From a virus (taxonomy: Duplodnaviria; Caudoviricetes): a DNA stretch of 64,000 nt. The stretch covers positions 140,432 through 204,431 of IMG/VR virus record IMGVR_UViG_3300037424_000485; one strand, given 5' to 3'. Each line of letters opens with the position of its first letter. The first letter of the stretch is position 1. A program made the translations under genes and the position numbers. Below are positions 20,501-30,002 of the stretch, one piece after another. The notes beneath the pieces were generated by a model, which searched no databases, was not told the DNA's origin, and saw nothing but the letters and a program-made list of their open reading frames with translations.

Positions 20501-22076
20501 TGCAAGTTCTATAAACAGGTCTTACAGTCTCAAATGCATCGTATAGACCATCAAATGTAGCCTTTGAGAATACAGAAGTGTTGGATAAAGGTTCTGAATT
20601 TATATCTAGCTCTACCCTATAGTTAGATGATAAAACCATATCATCCATAGAGTATCTATTTAATGGATAGTCTGGAAAATCAACAGATGATGATATAGGA
20701 GTACATACATCTAAATTAGTTATATCGATGTAAGGATATTCTGCATACCAACCAACTCCTGCTCCATCTGTATATACAGATACATTATAATCATCTAGGG
20801 ATGTGTATATAATATCTTCCCACTCGTCTTCTTGTACAACTCTTGTAGTGTCTATTAGTGATTGATTTCCAGATGGTATCCATCTTTCATAAACATTAAG
20901 ACGATTTGTTGTTTGAGTAACAGCACTCCAAACAGCATATAGATCAGAAAATGTTCCTTTTCTTTTTAGAAGATGAATTATATTTTTAACAAATTCTCTA
21001 TATACAGAATCCTCCTGTACTATTGGTTGAAAATCTGTCATACCATAATATTGAGATAGATATCCAATATATTTAATATCTACCTCGCTTGGATCATAAG
21101 GAGTATAACCATCCTTTTGTCTTGTATATATATTATGATATAATCTATCAAATGCTATATTGATAAATTCTTTCAAATTAGGGGTTCTTTGATGTTGTGG
21201 TACAAGAGTAAATATATAGTCTTTAAGACCATAATATTCTATAATATAATTAATACCTTCTTCATTAGCAGCTGCTTCATATATTTTACCAAGATATATA
21301 AACATTTTATCAGTGTTTATATATCCTCGTATATCAATTTCTATACCAAATTTTTCTCTAATAATATCCTGTGCAAATCTAGTTAGCCAATCATGAAACA
21401 TACTATCTTTTCTAAAATATACTTCTCTACCTATAATGAGATTTATAAATTGTGTTGTATCATATTCTAGAAAATATCCACCAGAAATAGAAGACCCAGG
21501 GATAACACTAGCAATACTACCTGGATATTCTTTATAATCATTATGCACTGAGATTCTAATTAGATTTTCATCTTGAAAATCTACATAAGTAAAATTAAGA
21601 GGGAAATATCCTTTTTGTTTATCAGATCCTAGCTCATCATCAGGATTATGTTTAATAAACAATTCATCTACATCTCCACCATCAGTTATAATACCGTTTT
21701 CAACACTAAATAGAGCACAATCACCGCTTGATGACATAGCCCATATATTACTATCAGTAGCATAGCTTGACATATTAAATTTTATTCTTTCTCTATAGTG
21801 TTCATCTCTTCTATCAAAAAAATATACACCACCACTAGTACCAGCAGATGCTATCATACCATTTGTGTAGTAGTCTGCACTCTCAACATCACCATTGATA
21901 AGTATAGCACCACCTGTAGTTTGGTAACTATCAAATTGCCTACTTGAAAATAAAATATTATCCCATTTTATAGACTTGTTATAATCTGTATTTGGAAATG
22001 GAATATAGTTTGTGCTGGCATAATTATCTGTTAAATATTCTTTTAATATAAAATATGGTGTTTCTGCAAATTTCAT
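17580..22076 (-). CDS. baseplate wedge (gp7-like) protein fused to a C-terminal FG-GAP propeller
   Basis: Follows gp6; tail-P2-I-like segment YREFVKNIIHLLKRKGT; last ~390 aa are 7 FG-GAP blades. Confidence 0.7.
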   Translation of the reverse strand: MKFAETPYFILKEYLTDNYASTNYIPFPNTDYNKSIKWDNILFSSRQFDSYQTTGGAILINGDVESADYYTNGMIASAGTSGGVYFFDRRDEHYRERIKFNMSSYATDSNIWAMSSSGDCALFSVENGIITDGGDVDELFIKHNPDDELGSDKQKGYFPLNFTYVDFQDENLIRISVHNDYKEYPGSIASVIPGSSISGGYFLEYDTTQFINLIIGREVYFRKDSMFHDWLTRFAQDIIREKFGIEIDIRGYINTDKMFIYLGKIYEAAANEEGINYIIEYYGLKDYIFTLVPQHQRTPNLKEFINIAFDRLYHNIYTRQKDGYTPYDPSEVDIKYIGYLSQYYGMTDFQPIVQEDSVYREFVKNIIHLLKRKGTFSDLYAVWSAVTQTTNRLNVYERWIPSGNQSLIDTTRVVQEDEWEDIIYTSLDDYNVSVYTDGAGVGWYAEYPYIDITNLDVCTPISSSVDFPDYPLNRYSMDDMVLSSNYRVELDINSEPLSNTSVFSKATFDGLYDAFETVRPVYRTCRYSVVFSPIVDLTGDVMSLYGDKNSLGESYTNTYVNSRSFTQDYYTATTYIGLQCVSASEWVFHTDLNTQNLIIQCFDKVNNLITPISTVITNNGENVLVTFSGLKSGYIVIKKANKTPITTNVGGNQILSIEHSLNRDDLFVQVYEYNTINGEQSLIDIDSVTIIDDNNIEIDIGIGNISINTINVHLSSNETLTLQTFETSGVDNSCIVNHDFESKLIFIQSYDTDGVSIVPDDIKLLNIMSTKLTFSTPQSGTAILIDGGSYNILQELIGFDSFGIQNSPTYKLLDGDQNVLETGVISEFKRDNRHYYMNWGLDYASEYEDIATIEIISRDKVQFRTTISDLYKPPYVDFLMHYRVIKTAMGETIAWNDVVDGDGATSTTIPINQCGSESLISISTNAHPSVLTWDITSTLPGVVWSDTGTKTHTGYHPLTDSYYIDPLNPDLYVVTLGISCSGSDGEDVTISVSSGTGVYIENTLTTVYEGISYIDINTSISNFTINPYETAIVYVKTDAASGDLTWTLSDPAYVFVGDMGYYSQGFSHIVSATGAARNDVTVTVEGCIYSDTWLITNEYIEAVPEVSILTLDNPNAYGTSDWDKFGYSIAISDTYAIIGAPEEDGVGGGIDSGKAYIFDNATGVLLHTLDNPNAYDTSAGDSFGYSVAISDTYTAVATPYEGGIIGNGVVYIYTTSTGSLLHTLTNPSLSGGFASSISINDTYTIIGAYEVNDIGGVNSGKAYIYNTITGTLLHTLDNPNAYDTSAGDQFGNNVSISDTYSIVGAYAEDDAGGLDSGKAYIYDNATGALLWTLDNPNAYDTSAVDYFGISVSISDTYSIVGAYQEGDAGGLGSGKAYIYDNATGALLWTLDNPNAYGTSADDQFGYSVSISDSYAIVGAYREDSIDGTNSGKAYIFDNATGALLHTLDNPNAYDTTAGDRFGYSVGISNTHAIVGAYSESDDGGTYSGKTYIYKIDTL

Positions 22077-22079
22077 TAA

Positions 22080-23885
22080 TTATCCTTCGTTGATAACTAC
22101 ACAATGATTTATTGATAGTCTTGGAAATTGATCATATCGTAAAACAATTCTTCTTATACTATTATCATATAGATATCCACTACCTCCATCATCAATATAA
22201 GATTTTTCATAATGAGGAAATTGTTGTGTTGATGGAATACTTAGGTCATATATAGTTTCTGAATTTCCTGAAACAGGTGTAGTGTATATATTTAAATCTC
22301 TAAATAATAGATTTCTTATTCCTCTTGTATTAGTGAAATCATCTGTTGAAGATGTATTTGCAGGGTCTATAAGAAATTCAGTTATATCAAAGAAGTCTAT
22401 AGTTTCCCCAAACTTTCTAAACTCAAGACTAAAATAATATTCTAATTTATTTAATAGATCAGTCCTAACATTTGTAAAATTATAGTTTCTCTTTATTTTA
22501 ATTCCTATTTCAAACATAAAATATACAAAATTTGGAATAATAAGAGTTTCTAAAACATTTATAGCCTTTCTTTGTTCTAAGTATCTGATAATACCTGTAT
22601 TATAATCTGAATCATAAGATACTGGAACTTGTATATCAGCTGTAATAGGTGATGTTACTGTAGACAATCCCCACGCATGTGCTGATGTCTCTAAAGTCCC
22701 TAATTGAAATGATATACCATCTCCACTTAAAGGGGGTATAGTAGAGAAATATACTTTATTAAATAGAATTGGCTGACCTGCATTTATATCTTGTTCTCCC
22801 CATGCATAAGCAACAACAACATCTGTTCTCTCCTCAAGGTTTACCTTATAGTCATTTTTAGTTATGTTCCTAAGTTGAGATTGAATAATAGCTTTTGAAT
22901 TATTTCTTAAATCATCAAGTGTTTCTGGATTAGATGCCTGACTAGCAACATTGGTATTTGTTACTGTGTGTATATTTACTACATCAACAACAGAATTTAA
23001 TGTTAGATTTGAAATATTTATTCCTTCTAAACTGGTTATAACTCCTTTATCTATTATACCATTAACACCATTAGATTTAAGAACCTTAACTCTTATAATT
23101 GACTGTAATGATGGAACGTTCCTTGAGGTTGAAAAATCAATAACATACTGTTTATATTTATCATAATTAAATTGAAAAACATTATTACCCTCTGTAGTGG
23201 TAACACCAGAAAGACCCTCATAAAAATCAGACACGCGCTGCCATCCTGTATATTCAGTATCACCAGTTAGTGAGTTTTTAATAGAAACTTGGATACTTTC
23301 CATTGTGAAAGGATATATACCATAATCATATTTAAATAGAGGTAATAATATTTGATTATCTACTAACTCATCACCATAATATTCTAAATCAACAATAGCT
23401 CCTTCTCTAAGCTCTATTTCAAAAGAAGCATTGCCATTTATATCTACAGTGGTTAAAGCCTCAGATTCTGTATTTGGAACATAAGAATATATGATAGGCT
23501 GACCATCATCTGTTTCCAGACCAGTATCAATATATTGCCATGGCTCTATATATAGTTGATTACCTACTGGTAGTCCACTTACAGATATTGATAATGTTGT
23601 TTGTCCTGATACATATCCTTTTGGCTGATATCCCTTTGTTTTTACAATCCTATGCAATACTTCAAAAATATCTGTTGTATCTTCATAACTATTTTTAGCT
23701 AGTAGGTTTGTATAATAAGTGCTAAGATCACCAACATATGAGAATAGTTCAATAAGCATTGCTATATTAGAGCCTTCAAAGTTATAATCTTTAAAAACCT
23801 CGCTCTTACCCATAAGATTTTTTAATCTTGTTTGCAGGGAATTGAAATCAGTTTCTAGATATGATGGTTGAAGTTCATTTGACAT
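22080..23885 (-). CDS. baseplate wedge subunit gp6-like
   Basis: ETDFNSL...FKDYNFEGSN...GY.PK...QLRNITKNDY. Confidence 0.9.
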   Translation of the reverse strand: MSNELQPSYLETDFNSLQTRLKNLMGKSEVFKDYNFEGSNIAMLIELFSYVGDLSTYYTNLLAKNSYEDTTDIFEVLHRIVKTKGYQPKGYVSGQTTLSISVSGLPVGNQLYIEPWQYIDTGLETDDGQPIIYSYVPNTESEALTTVDINGNASFEIELREGAIVDLEYYGDELVDNQILLPLFKYDYGIYPFTMESIQVSIKNSLTGDTEYTGWQRVSDFYEGLSGVTTTEGNNVFQFNYDKYKQYVIDFSTSRNVPSLQSIIRVKVLKSNGVNGIIDKGVITSLEGINISNLTLNSVVDVVNIHTVTNTNVASQASNPETLDDLRNNSKAIIQSQLRNITKNDYKVNLEERTDVVVAYAWGEQDINAGQPILFNKVYFSTIPPLSGDGISFQLGTLETSAHAWGLSTVTSPITADIQVPVSYDSDYNTGIIRYLEQRKAINVLETLIIPNFVYFMFEIGIKIKRNYNFTNVRTDLLNKLEYYFSLEFRKFGETIDFFDITEFLIDPANTSSTDDFTNTRGIRNLLFRDLNIYTTPVSGNSETIYDLSIPSTQQFPHYEKSYIDDGGSGYLYDNSIRRIVLRYDQFPRLSINHCVVINEG

Positions 23886-23901
23886 TTATATGTTCCTTTA
23901 T
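23854..23901. repeat. 48-bp direct repeat, copy at gp6 start
   Basis: Identical to 24779-24826; contains SD and first codons MSNELQPSYL. Confidence 0.95.
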
Positions 23902-24810
23902 TTTTAACAAACAGTGTTTTTTATTTTCTATCCAGTCTTGTTCTTGAATTACCAATAAATCAATATTTTTTTCTTTGCATTGTTTTTTCTTAATTCTATC
24001 ATGTGATATGGTTTTTTCTAGAGAATGCCAATACTCACCATTAAATTCTATAGCTTTATTTAAAGATGGTATCCATATATCTAATTCAAGATTAAAACCT
24101 GTTTTAGGATTTAATATTTGTGTTCTATCGTTAGAAATTATATCAACGAATCTGGATATAAATATTTGTATTTCTTTCTCTGCCTTGGAAGATGTTTTTT
24201 CTCTACCACACCGAGGACATCTATTACCATTTAAGAAATTATCAAATCTAGCATCAAAAATATGACCTTTTCCACACTGTATTGTTATATTTTTCTTGTT
24301 ATTTAAATATTCATTACTTAATAGCTTATATCCCTCTTTTTCTATTATTTCTTTAACATATTCTATATCATTACTCATATTTTTACTTATTTCTTTTCTT
24401 TTACATATATTACATCTAGCATTACCTGATATAAAATTATTAAATCTTACACCATACGTATGGTTTTCTGGACACATAACTTCTAATTTAACAAATGCAT
24501 TTAAATATTCATTACTTAATAGCTTATATCCCTCTTTTTCTATTATTTCTTTCACAGAAGTATAAGTATGTTTTACACTTCCATTACATACATTACATCT
24601 CTGGCCCTGTTTAAATTTAGCCCATCTTGCTTTATAAATATGTCCTTTATTACATCTAATTATCAATTTAGAAGAAGAATTTAAATATTCATTACTTAAT
24701 AGCTTATATCCCTCTTTTTCTATCTCTCTTTTAATAAATGAATACTCCAATTTTCTAGTAGAATGTTTTTTATTGTTCTCTAGATATGATGGTTGAAGTT
24801 CATTTGACAT
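23875..24810 (-). CDS. free-standing putative homing endonuclease (Zn-finger repeats plus PD-(D/E)XK/Vsr-like domain)
   Basis: 3 x GYKLLSNEYLN...C..GH repeats; SKAEKEI...ELDIWIPSLNKAIEFNGEYWH; paralog of 42290-43180. Confidence 0.8.
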   Translation of the reverse strand: MSNELQPSYLENNKKHSTRKLEYSFIKREIEKEGYKLLSNEYLNSSSKLIIRCNKGHIYKARWAKFKQGQRCNVCNGSVKHTYTSVKEIIEKEGYKLLSNEYLNAFVKLEVMCPENHTYGVRFNNFISGNARCNICKRKEISKNMSNDIEYVKEIIEKEGYKLLSNEYLNNKKNITIQCGKGHIFDARFDNFLNGNRCPRCGREKTSSKAEKEIQIFISRFVDIISNDRTQILNPKTGFNLELDIWIPSLNKAIEFNGEYWHSLEKTISHDRIKKKQCKEKNIDLLVIQEQDWIENKKHCLLKIKEHINVK

Positions 24811-24826
24811 TTATATGTTCCTTTAT
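24779..24826. repeat. 48-bp direct repeat, copy at nuclease start
   Basis: Identical to 23854-23901. Confidence 0.95.
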
Positions 24827-25191
24827 CTTGTTCTAAAAATATAATCTATTTTTTCTACATTATCTGAATTTATAAGACTATAATATAGTGTTGTTTTGTA
24901 TTGATTGTTGTCTTCATCCATCTCAACATTAAAACTCTCGATATAAATTCTATCATCCCATTTTCTTATAGCTGATACCAACCCTTCTCCAAGTCTTCTG
25001 GATGTTTCTTCGTCCATAGGCTCAAAGAGAATACCATTGATAAATATAAATGCGTCTGGGAGCATTCTTCTTGATCCCTTAATTGTTGAAAATATATTAA
25101 TAAGCGAATTTTTAATAGCTTCTAAATCAGTCATTGCTTTTATATCGCCATCTTGCTGTTTGGTTAAAAAAATATCAATATCTTTCCACAT
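24823..25191 (-). CDS. baseplate wedge subunit gp25-like
   Basis: AIKNSLINIFSTIKGSRRMLPD...LFEPMD...IRKWDDRI. Confidence 0.88.
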   Translation of the reverse strand: MWKDIDIFLTKQQDGDIKAMTDLEAIKNSLINIFSTIKGSRRMLPDAFIFINGILFEPMDEETSRRLGEGLVSAIRKWDDRIYIESFNVEMDEDNNQYKTTLYYSLINSDNVEKIDYIFRTR

Positions 25192-25209
25192 TATTATATC
25201 CTACTGTAT

Positions 25210-25217
25210 TATTTATA
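25210..25217 (-). promoter_or_regulatory. T4-type late promoter TATAAATA
   Basis: Exact box upstream of gp25. Confidence 0.65.
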
Positions 25218-25225
25218 TCTTTATT

Positions 25226-26017
25226 TCAAAAAAAATTGTCTGGTATTAAACTACTTGATGTGCTTGCTACTAGATTTTTGGCTTTCATACTAATTGCTGT
25301 TGTGTATGACTGTAGAGTATTTGCATTGGTATCTATATCAGTAGCAGCCACACCACCTATACCAGCCGCATCTAAAACATTTGCCAAGTCTATACCACCA
25401 GTGTCTGTTAATACAAACTCTGCTGTAAAGTTGCTTATCTCTAAAAAATATCCATCTATTGTCCCTGCATCAACCAACGTCCCGCATGAGCTATCACTTA
25501 AACATCCTAACATCTCATCAAGAGATGCAAGGGCTTTTTCTATTCCTAATGATGTAACTATTGATTGCATATTTGCAAATCTATTAAGAATTGTTAATAT
25601 AGGAGAAAAAGCTGTGTCGAATGTTTCTTGTGTCATAGTTCCAAAGGTATCTATTAAATCTGATATATCAGCAACACCCGCAGCTGCGCCCATTAGAGAT
25701 CCTGTACCACTAGATGCATTTTTAGCAAGTGCTGTTAAAGGCCCCATAACAGCGTTTAAGCACGATCCAGTTAAACTAGTGATGGAGCTATCCAAAGAGT
25801 CCATATTGTTCAAGGAAGTGTCCAAACCAGCTATTAAATTATCATTAACTCTGTTTGTAAGATTCACGTCAATAACATGACCTGTATTGGTGATATCTTC
25901 CATTGAATCTTTCATAGGCCCCATAGCATATCTCATTGTATTGAGATTATTAAGACCTTTGACAATCTCTTTTTGTAATTCCAGACATGGGTTTAGTGCA
26001 TCTACATTTAGACTCAT
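25226..26017 (-). CDS. hypothetical virion protein
   Basis: ORF track; within baseplate cluster. Confidence 0.65.
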   Translation of the reverse strand: MSLNVDALNPCLELQKEIVKGLNNLNTMRYAMGPMKDSMEDITNTGHVIDVNLTNRVNDNLIAGLDTSLNNMDSLDSSITSLTGSCLNAVMGPLTALAKNASSGTGSLMGAAAGVADISDLIDTFGTMTQETFDTAFSPILTILNRFANMQSIVTSLGIEKALASLDEMLGCLSDSSCGTLVDAGTIDGYFLEISNFTAEFVLTDTGGIDLANVLDAAGIGGVAATDIDTNANTLQSYTTAISMKAKNLVASTSSSLIPDNFF

Positions 26018-26018
26018 A

Positions 26019-26243
26019 TTAGCTTATTACATTAATGTTAGGATGAACATGGGGGCCTGTACCAGCTGGATCTTCTCCAATCACGGCTCCATTTATAATT
26101 TCATCAATAATACCTTGACACATTGCAACCAGCATATCATCTGCATAACTACTATCTGATATAGGCCCTTCGGATGGACTAGGGGTTATTGTAGTTTGAT
26201 GAATTCTAATTGCTGCTGCCATATCTGCTGCTGACATTGCCAT
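26019..26243 (-). CDS. small baseplate-associated hypothetical protein (start moved)
   Basis: SD AAGGA before ATG at 26243, just after the spike gene. Confidence 0.55.
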   Translation of the reverse strand: MAMSAADMAAAIRIHQTTITPSPSEGPISDSSYADDMLVAMCQGIIDEIINGAVIGEDPAGTGPHVHPNINVIS

Positions 26244-26254
26244 AATTTTATTCC

Positions 26255-27277
26255 TTATAATGATGCATTTACATCTGATGAGCTTTGCATGTGCGGTTTT
26301 CCTGTAAATGCACATATACACTGGCCTGTTACCACACCACTATTTATACCACCACCGCCATCTATATCCACTGTAGCCGCTGTAATATTACATTGTCCTG
26401 TTACCACAATGTCACAGTCACCAGTAACATTAATTGCTAGATTTCCTGTTATATTATCAGTGTTGTCAACGCCAATGGTTCTGGTAACACTTCCATTAAC
26501 TTTTGATGTTTCATTTCCAGAGACAAGGAATGTTTTATTCCCATCTATTGTCTCATTTTTATTTTGTTTAATATGGATATTGTTATTTCCCATAACTATC
26601 TCATATTTATCTTTATTATTTTTTATAATCATAGTTCCATCATTATTTATTTCTACATAGCTATTTGACGAATGAAATATATGTATGCGTCTGCTTCCAG
26701 GTGTGCTATCTAACTCTATAATATTACCACCATGTGTAGCCAAGACAACATTATTAGGATATATAGTCTCATAGAATGATGGTGGTTCTGACCAAGAGTC
26801 TCCATCAGCTGTTTCTACATCTTCATCTAGGTTGTTATTTTTACCTTCAACGATAGTGCCTTCAGAAACGCCTCTAACGAGTCTATGCACGTCAGGTTCA
26901 TCTAACCTATGCTTTGTTGGATAAACACCGTCAGGATCATTAAACCCCATAGATGGATCTGATTCTTGAGTAGGCTTGCCTGGAACACTTGCAAAATAAA
27001 CTGGCTGATTAGGATGTCCATTTTCAAAAAATAAAAATACATGACTTCCCTGTACAGGAACAGCCCATGTGCCAAACCCAGATATAGATCCACCCATTAT
27101 AGAATTTGCAGGGGTGGCCCATGGCAAATCCTCTATAAGTACCCCATCTTTACCTTTGTTTATCTTGGTTTTATGGGGTGTATGTACACCAAAAACACGT
27201 ATTTTACATCTCCCCATCTTCTCTGGGTCAATGTTGTTCTCTACAACACCCCTAAACACACCCAATAAATCTTTCAT
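26255..27277 (-). CDS. central baseplate spike (gp5-like OB-fold plus beta-helix, no lysozyme)
   Basis: FRGVVENNIDPEKMGRCKIRVFG..LPWA; YPNNVV.T.GG..IELD.TPG.RRI. Confidence 0.88.
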   Translation of the reverse strand: MKDLLGVFRGVVENNIDPEKMGRCKIRVFGVHTPHKTKINKGKDGVLIEDLPWATPANSIMGGSISGFGTWAVPVQGSHVFLFFENGHPNQPVYFASVPGKPTQESDPSMGFNDPDGVYPTKHRLDEPDVHRLVRGVSEGTIVEGKNNNLDEDVETADGDSWSEPPSFYETIYPNNVVLATHGGNIIELDSTPGSRRIHIFHSSNSYVEINNDGTMIIKNNKDKYEIVMGNNNIHIKQNKNETIDGNKTFLVSGNETSKVNGSVTRTIGVDNTDNITGNLAINVTGDCDIVVTGQCNITAATVDIDGGGGINSGVVTGQCICAFTGKPHMQSSSDVNASL

Positions 27278-28518
27278 ATGTTAACCTTCTTAGCCTTTAT
27301 AAAAGTACCCTCTTGCCTTTCACCAAATCCATTCTTTATCAATACGATTGATTGTTGATATTTTGGTGTTCTGGAATGGCTTAGATGATGAGTAATAGAC
27401 TTAATAAGGTATTTTCCATTAAGGGATTGATTTAATTTTTCCCCTGTTACATTTTTAGACTTCCATACAACCTCTATCATCCCACCAGCATATCTATCTT
27501 CATGTCCTTTTACATTTATCTCTATAAGCTGTTGTAAACAATATTTTTTTATCCAATCACCAAACCACATATTATCCATTATTTTTAAATCAGATTCACC
27601 AGTGTTTATAGGTGTTGCCTCACTTTGTAGATAAGGGAGTATTTGAGTAGATTCAAATAATGTATGCATTCCTAATATTGTATATTTATCGATAGCATCT
27701 ATATAACTATATGTTCTATGATTAAAAATCTTAGTCATAGGGTCATATCCAAGTAAATATCCTCTTGATATATCAGGAACTACTTTATTAGATACTCCTT
27801 TGATCTTATGACTCTGTATTTTATTGATATAATTAATATTAACATCATCAAAAACATACATTTCCTCCTTGCTTGTTATCCACATTTTCTTTTTCTGTTG
27901 TAGTAGATATTCAAGAGTGGTAAGGTTCCATCTTTTTTCAGATGTATTCTGGTACATAAGATATCCAGGTTGTCCAGATTTAGTTCCAGAGCATCTTTTC
28001 AATAGCCATTTTATATTATCAGCGGGTGTGCTATTATCAGTATCAAAATATGGTAATTTTTCAATACAATCTTCAAATAATTGATATTCTAATATTTTAA
28101 AATATTTACTTGCTAAATCTTTAACAATATCAGTATATAAGGAGTTGCTGGTGTATGAGGATGAATAAGTATGATAATTTAGATCTTTAAATGATTCGTC
28201 TATAAGATCCATTTCTATTCTATAATCTGTCTTGTTTATTAAAATAGACTTTGTATTATGGACATGGAATGATATAGATTTTTTATTATCTTCTTGTCCG
28301 TATACTATTTCTATTGTTTCTGTTCCTGATATACCACCAAACTCCATAAGACCATCTTTATCAACAAATGACAGCCTTCCTTTCATACATAATGAGTATA
28401 TATCTTCAATAAACCAGAGATCGATAATATCATTTGATAAAATGTTTAATTCTAAAACTGATGTTCTGATATATACCTCAAAGGTATCCATAGCATCTAT
28501 ATTTTTTAGTTCATTCAT
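27274..28518 (-). CDS. baseplate hub (gp27-like)
   Basis: Position before spike; C-terminal G.YAGGMI...G.YLIKSITH. Confidence 0.7.
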   Translation of the reverse strand: MNELKNIDAMDTFEVYIRTSVLELNILSNDIIDLWFIEDIYSLCMKGRLSFVDKDGLMEFGGISGTETIEIVYGQEDNKKSISFHVHNTKSILINKTDYRIEMDLIDESFKDLNYHTYSSSYTSNSLYTDIVKDLASKYFKILEYQLFEDCIEKLPYFDTDNSTPADNIKWLLKRCSGTKSGQPGYLMYQNTSEKRWNLTTLEYLLQQKKKMWITSKEEMYVFDDVNINYINKIQSHKIKGVSNKVVPDISRGYLLGYDPMTKIFNHRTYSYIDAIDKYTILGMHTLFESTQILPYLQSEATPINTGESDLKIMDNMWFGDWIKKYCLQQLIEINVKGHEDRYAGGMIEVVWKSKNVTGEKLNQSLNGKYLIKSITHHLSHSRTPKYQQSIVLIKNGFGERQEGTFIKAKKVNI

Positions 28519-28898
28519 TATAGAATAGATAACCTATTTAAATCATTAAAAACAATATACAAATAGTTCTCTTTTAATATTTTAATTACCATACCCTCTT
28601 CAATTTCTTCCATTGGATTTACAATATCATTTAATATACATATAACCCACCATAGATTAGGAGTATCATAATGTAAATTTGATATATTATCCCACCAATC
28701 TTCTGTTTCTATTACATATGTAAACCAATAGTCATCTTTTAATTTAATTTTACTGCTAATTACATATGAGCGAAAGATATTTATAAAGTGTTCATTGTTC
28801 CATTCCTTTAGAATAGGAAACATTCTCAGTCTGGACGTTGTTTGTAATCTCTGTCCAGTGAGATCCATAAAACTTCTTTCTTCTTTATTTATAGTCAT
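28518..28898 (-). CDS. baseplate wedge gp53-like (LysM-type)
   Basis: WDNISNLHYDTPNLWWVICILNDIVNP. Confidence 0.8.
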   Translation of the reverse strand: MTINKEERSFMDLTGQRLQTTSRLRMFPILKEWNNEHFINIFRSYVISSKIKLKDDYWFTYVIETEDWWDNISNLHYDTPNLWWVICILNDIVNPMEEIEEGMVIKILKENYLYIVFNDLNRLSIL

Positions 28899-28906
28899 TA
28901 AATATC

Positions 28907-29995
28907 CTATACTTTATGTTTTGGCTTTACCAGTTTTGAAGCTGGATTTATTGTAAGATCTGATGATTTTTCTTTTGGTGTTACTAATTTAGAATATGGG
29001 TTAACTGTTTTAGCTTTATTACTAATTGTAACAATATTTTGATTAGCAACTGTAGAATCAAATCCACCTACTGTTGATCTATAAACAGGTAAAATGCTAG
29101 ATAGTGTAATAGTTATATCTGCTTTTGTTGGAATGCCATTTCTATAAGGCCCTCCAAAAGAAAATTGCAAACTTGTTATTGCTGCAAATTTCATGTTTAT
29201 AATAGGAACAGAAGAATTGCCCCATACTGTATTTACCTCACATACATAGGGAAATTCCATTTTTATTAGATCTCTTTCTCTAGATCCATGACCAATTGAT
29301 GGTTTACTAGCAGCCGATAAATATCTAAGCATTTGCACAGGTAATAAAATATCATATTCTGGATCTGAAGAATCTCCAAGACTGAACATAAAGTTATATG
29401 ATGGTTTTGGAGATTCTTTATACTGTTGTGGAGCATCATATTTATAGAAAGACTCCTTTCTATAGTCTTTAGCAGCTCTATTAATTTTCGACTCATACTC
29501 TTTATGGAATGACTTTTGAGCCTCATTGCTTTTTTGTAATTCGTCCTCTGCTTCTTTAGTTCCTGAATTTTCCCCAGGCTTCATTCTGTCCATTAGCAGA
29601 TTTCCTTGAGAGGTTATTGTATTAACTAATGAATTAGCATCAGATAAAGTCTTACTAAATCCTGTCCATGCTGTGAGTGCTCTACCTGCTATGTTACTGG
29701 CATCGTCCCATTGATGGGTAAATGTTTCTTGTAGTTCCATAGGGGCTATAAACATCAGAGTAGGGCCTTCTACCATTGTCTTATTACCCCTTGAGTCTGT
29801 AGTGCCAAAACCACCATTTTCCCATATATTACCCGTAAGAGATGTAAATTTTTTAAACTTCAATTCTATCCACATCATATTTTTAGCCATATCCCCAGAA
29901 ATTCTTGCATTTCCCCCAGGTTCTGGAAACATTAAAACTTTTCCACCTAAAGATGCTGATTTAAGGTCTGACATATATTGTTCATATCTTGTCAT
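28907..29995 (-). CDS. baseplate tail-tube cap/initiator (gp48/gp54-like)
   Basis: Synteny; C-terminal AAITSLQFSFG...GIPTKADITITL. Confidence 0.6.
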   Translation of the reverse strand: MTRYEQYMSDLKSASLGGKVLMFPEPGGNARISGDMAKNMMWIELKFKKFTSLTGNIWENGGFGTTDSRGNKTMVEGPTLMFIAPMELQETFTHQWDDASNIAGRALTAWTGFSKTLSDANSLVNTITSQGNLLMDRMKPGENSGTKEAEDELQKSNEAQKSFHKEYESKINRAAKDYRKESFYKYDAPQQYKESPKPSYNFMFSLGDSSDPEYDILLPVQMLRYLSAASKPSIGHGSRERDLIKMEFPYVCEVNTVWGNSSVPIINMKFAAITSLQFSFGGPYRNGIPTKADITITLSSILPVYRSTVGGFDSTVANQNIVTISNKAKTVNPYSKLVTPKEKSSDLTINPASKLVKPKHKV

Positions 29996-30002
29996 TAATG
30001 AT

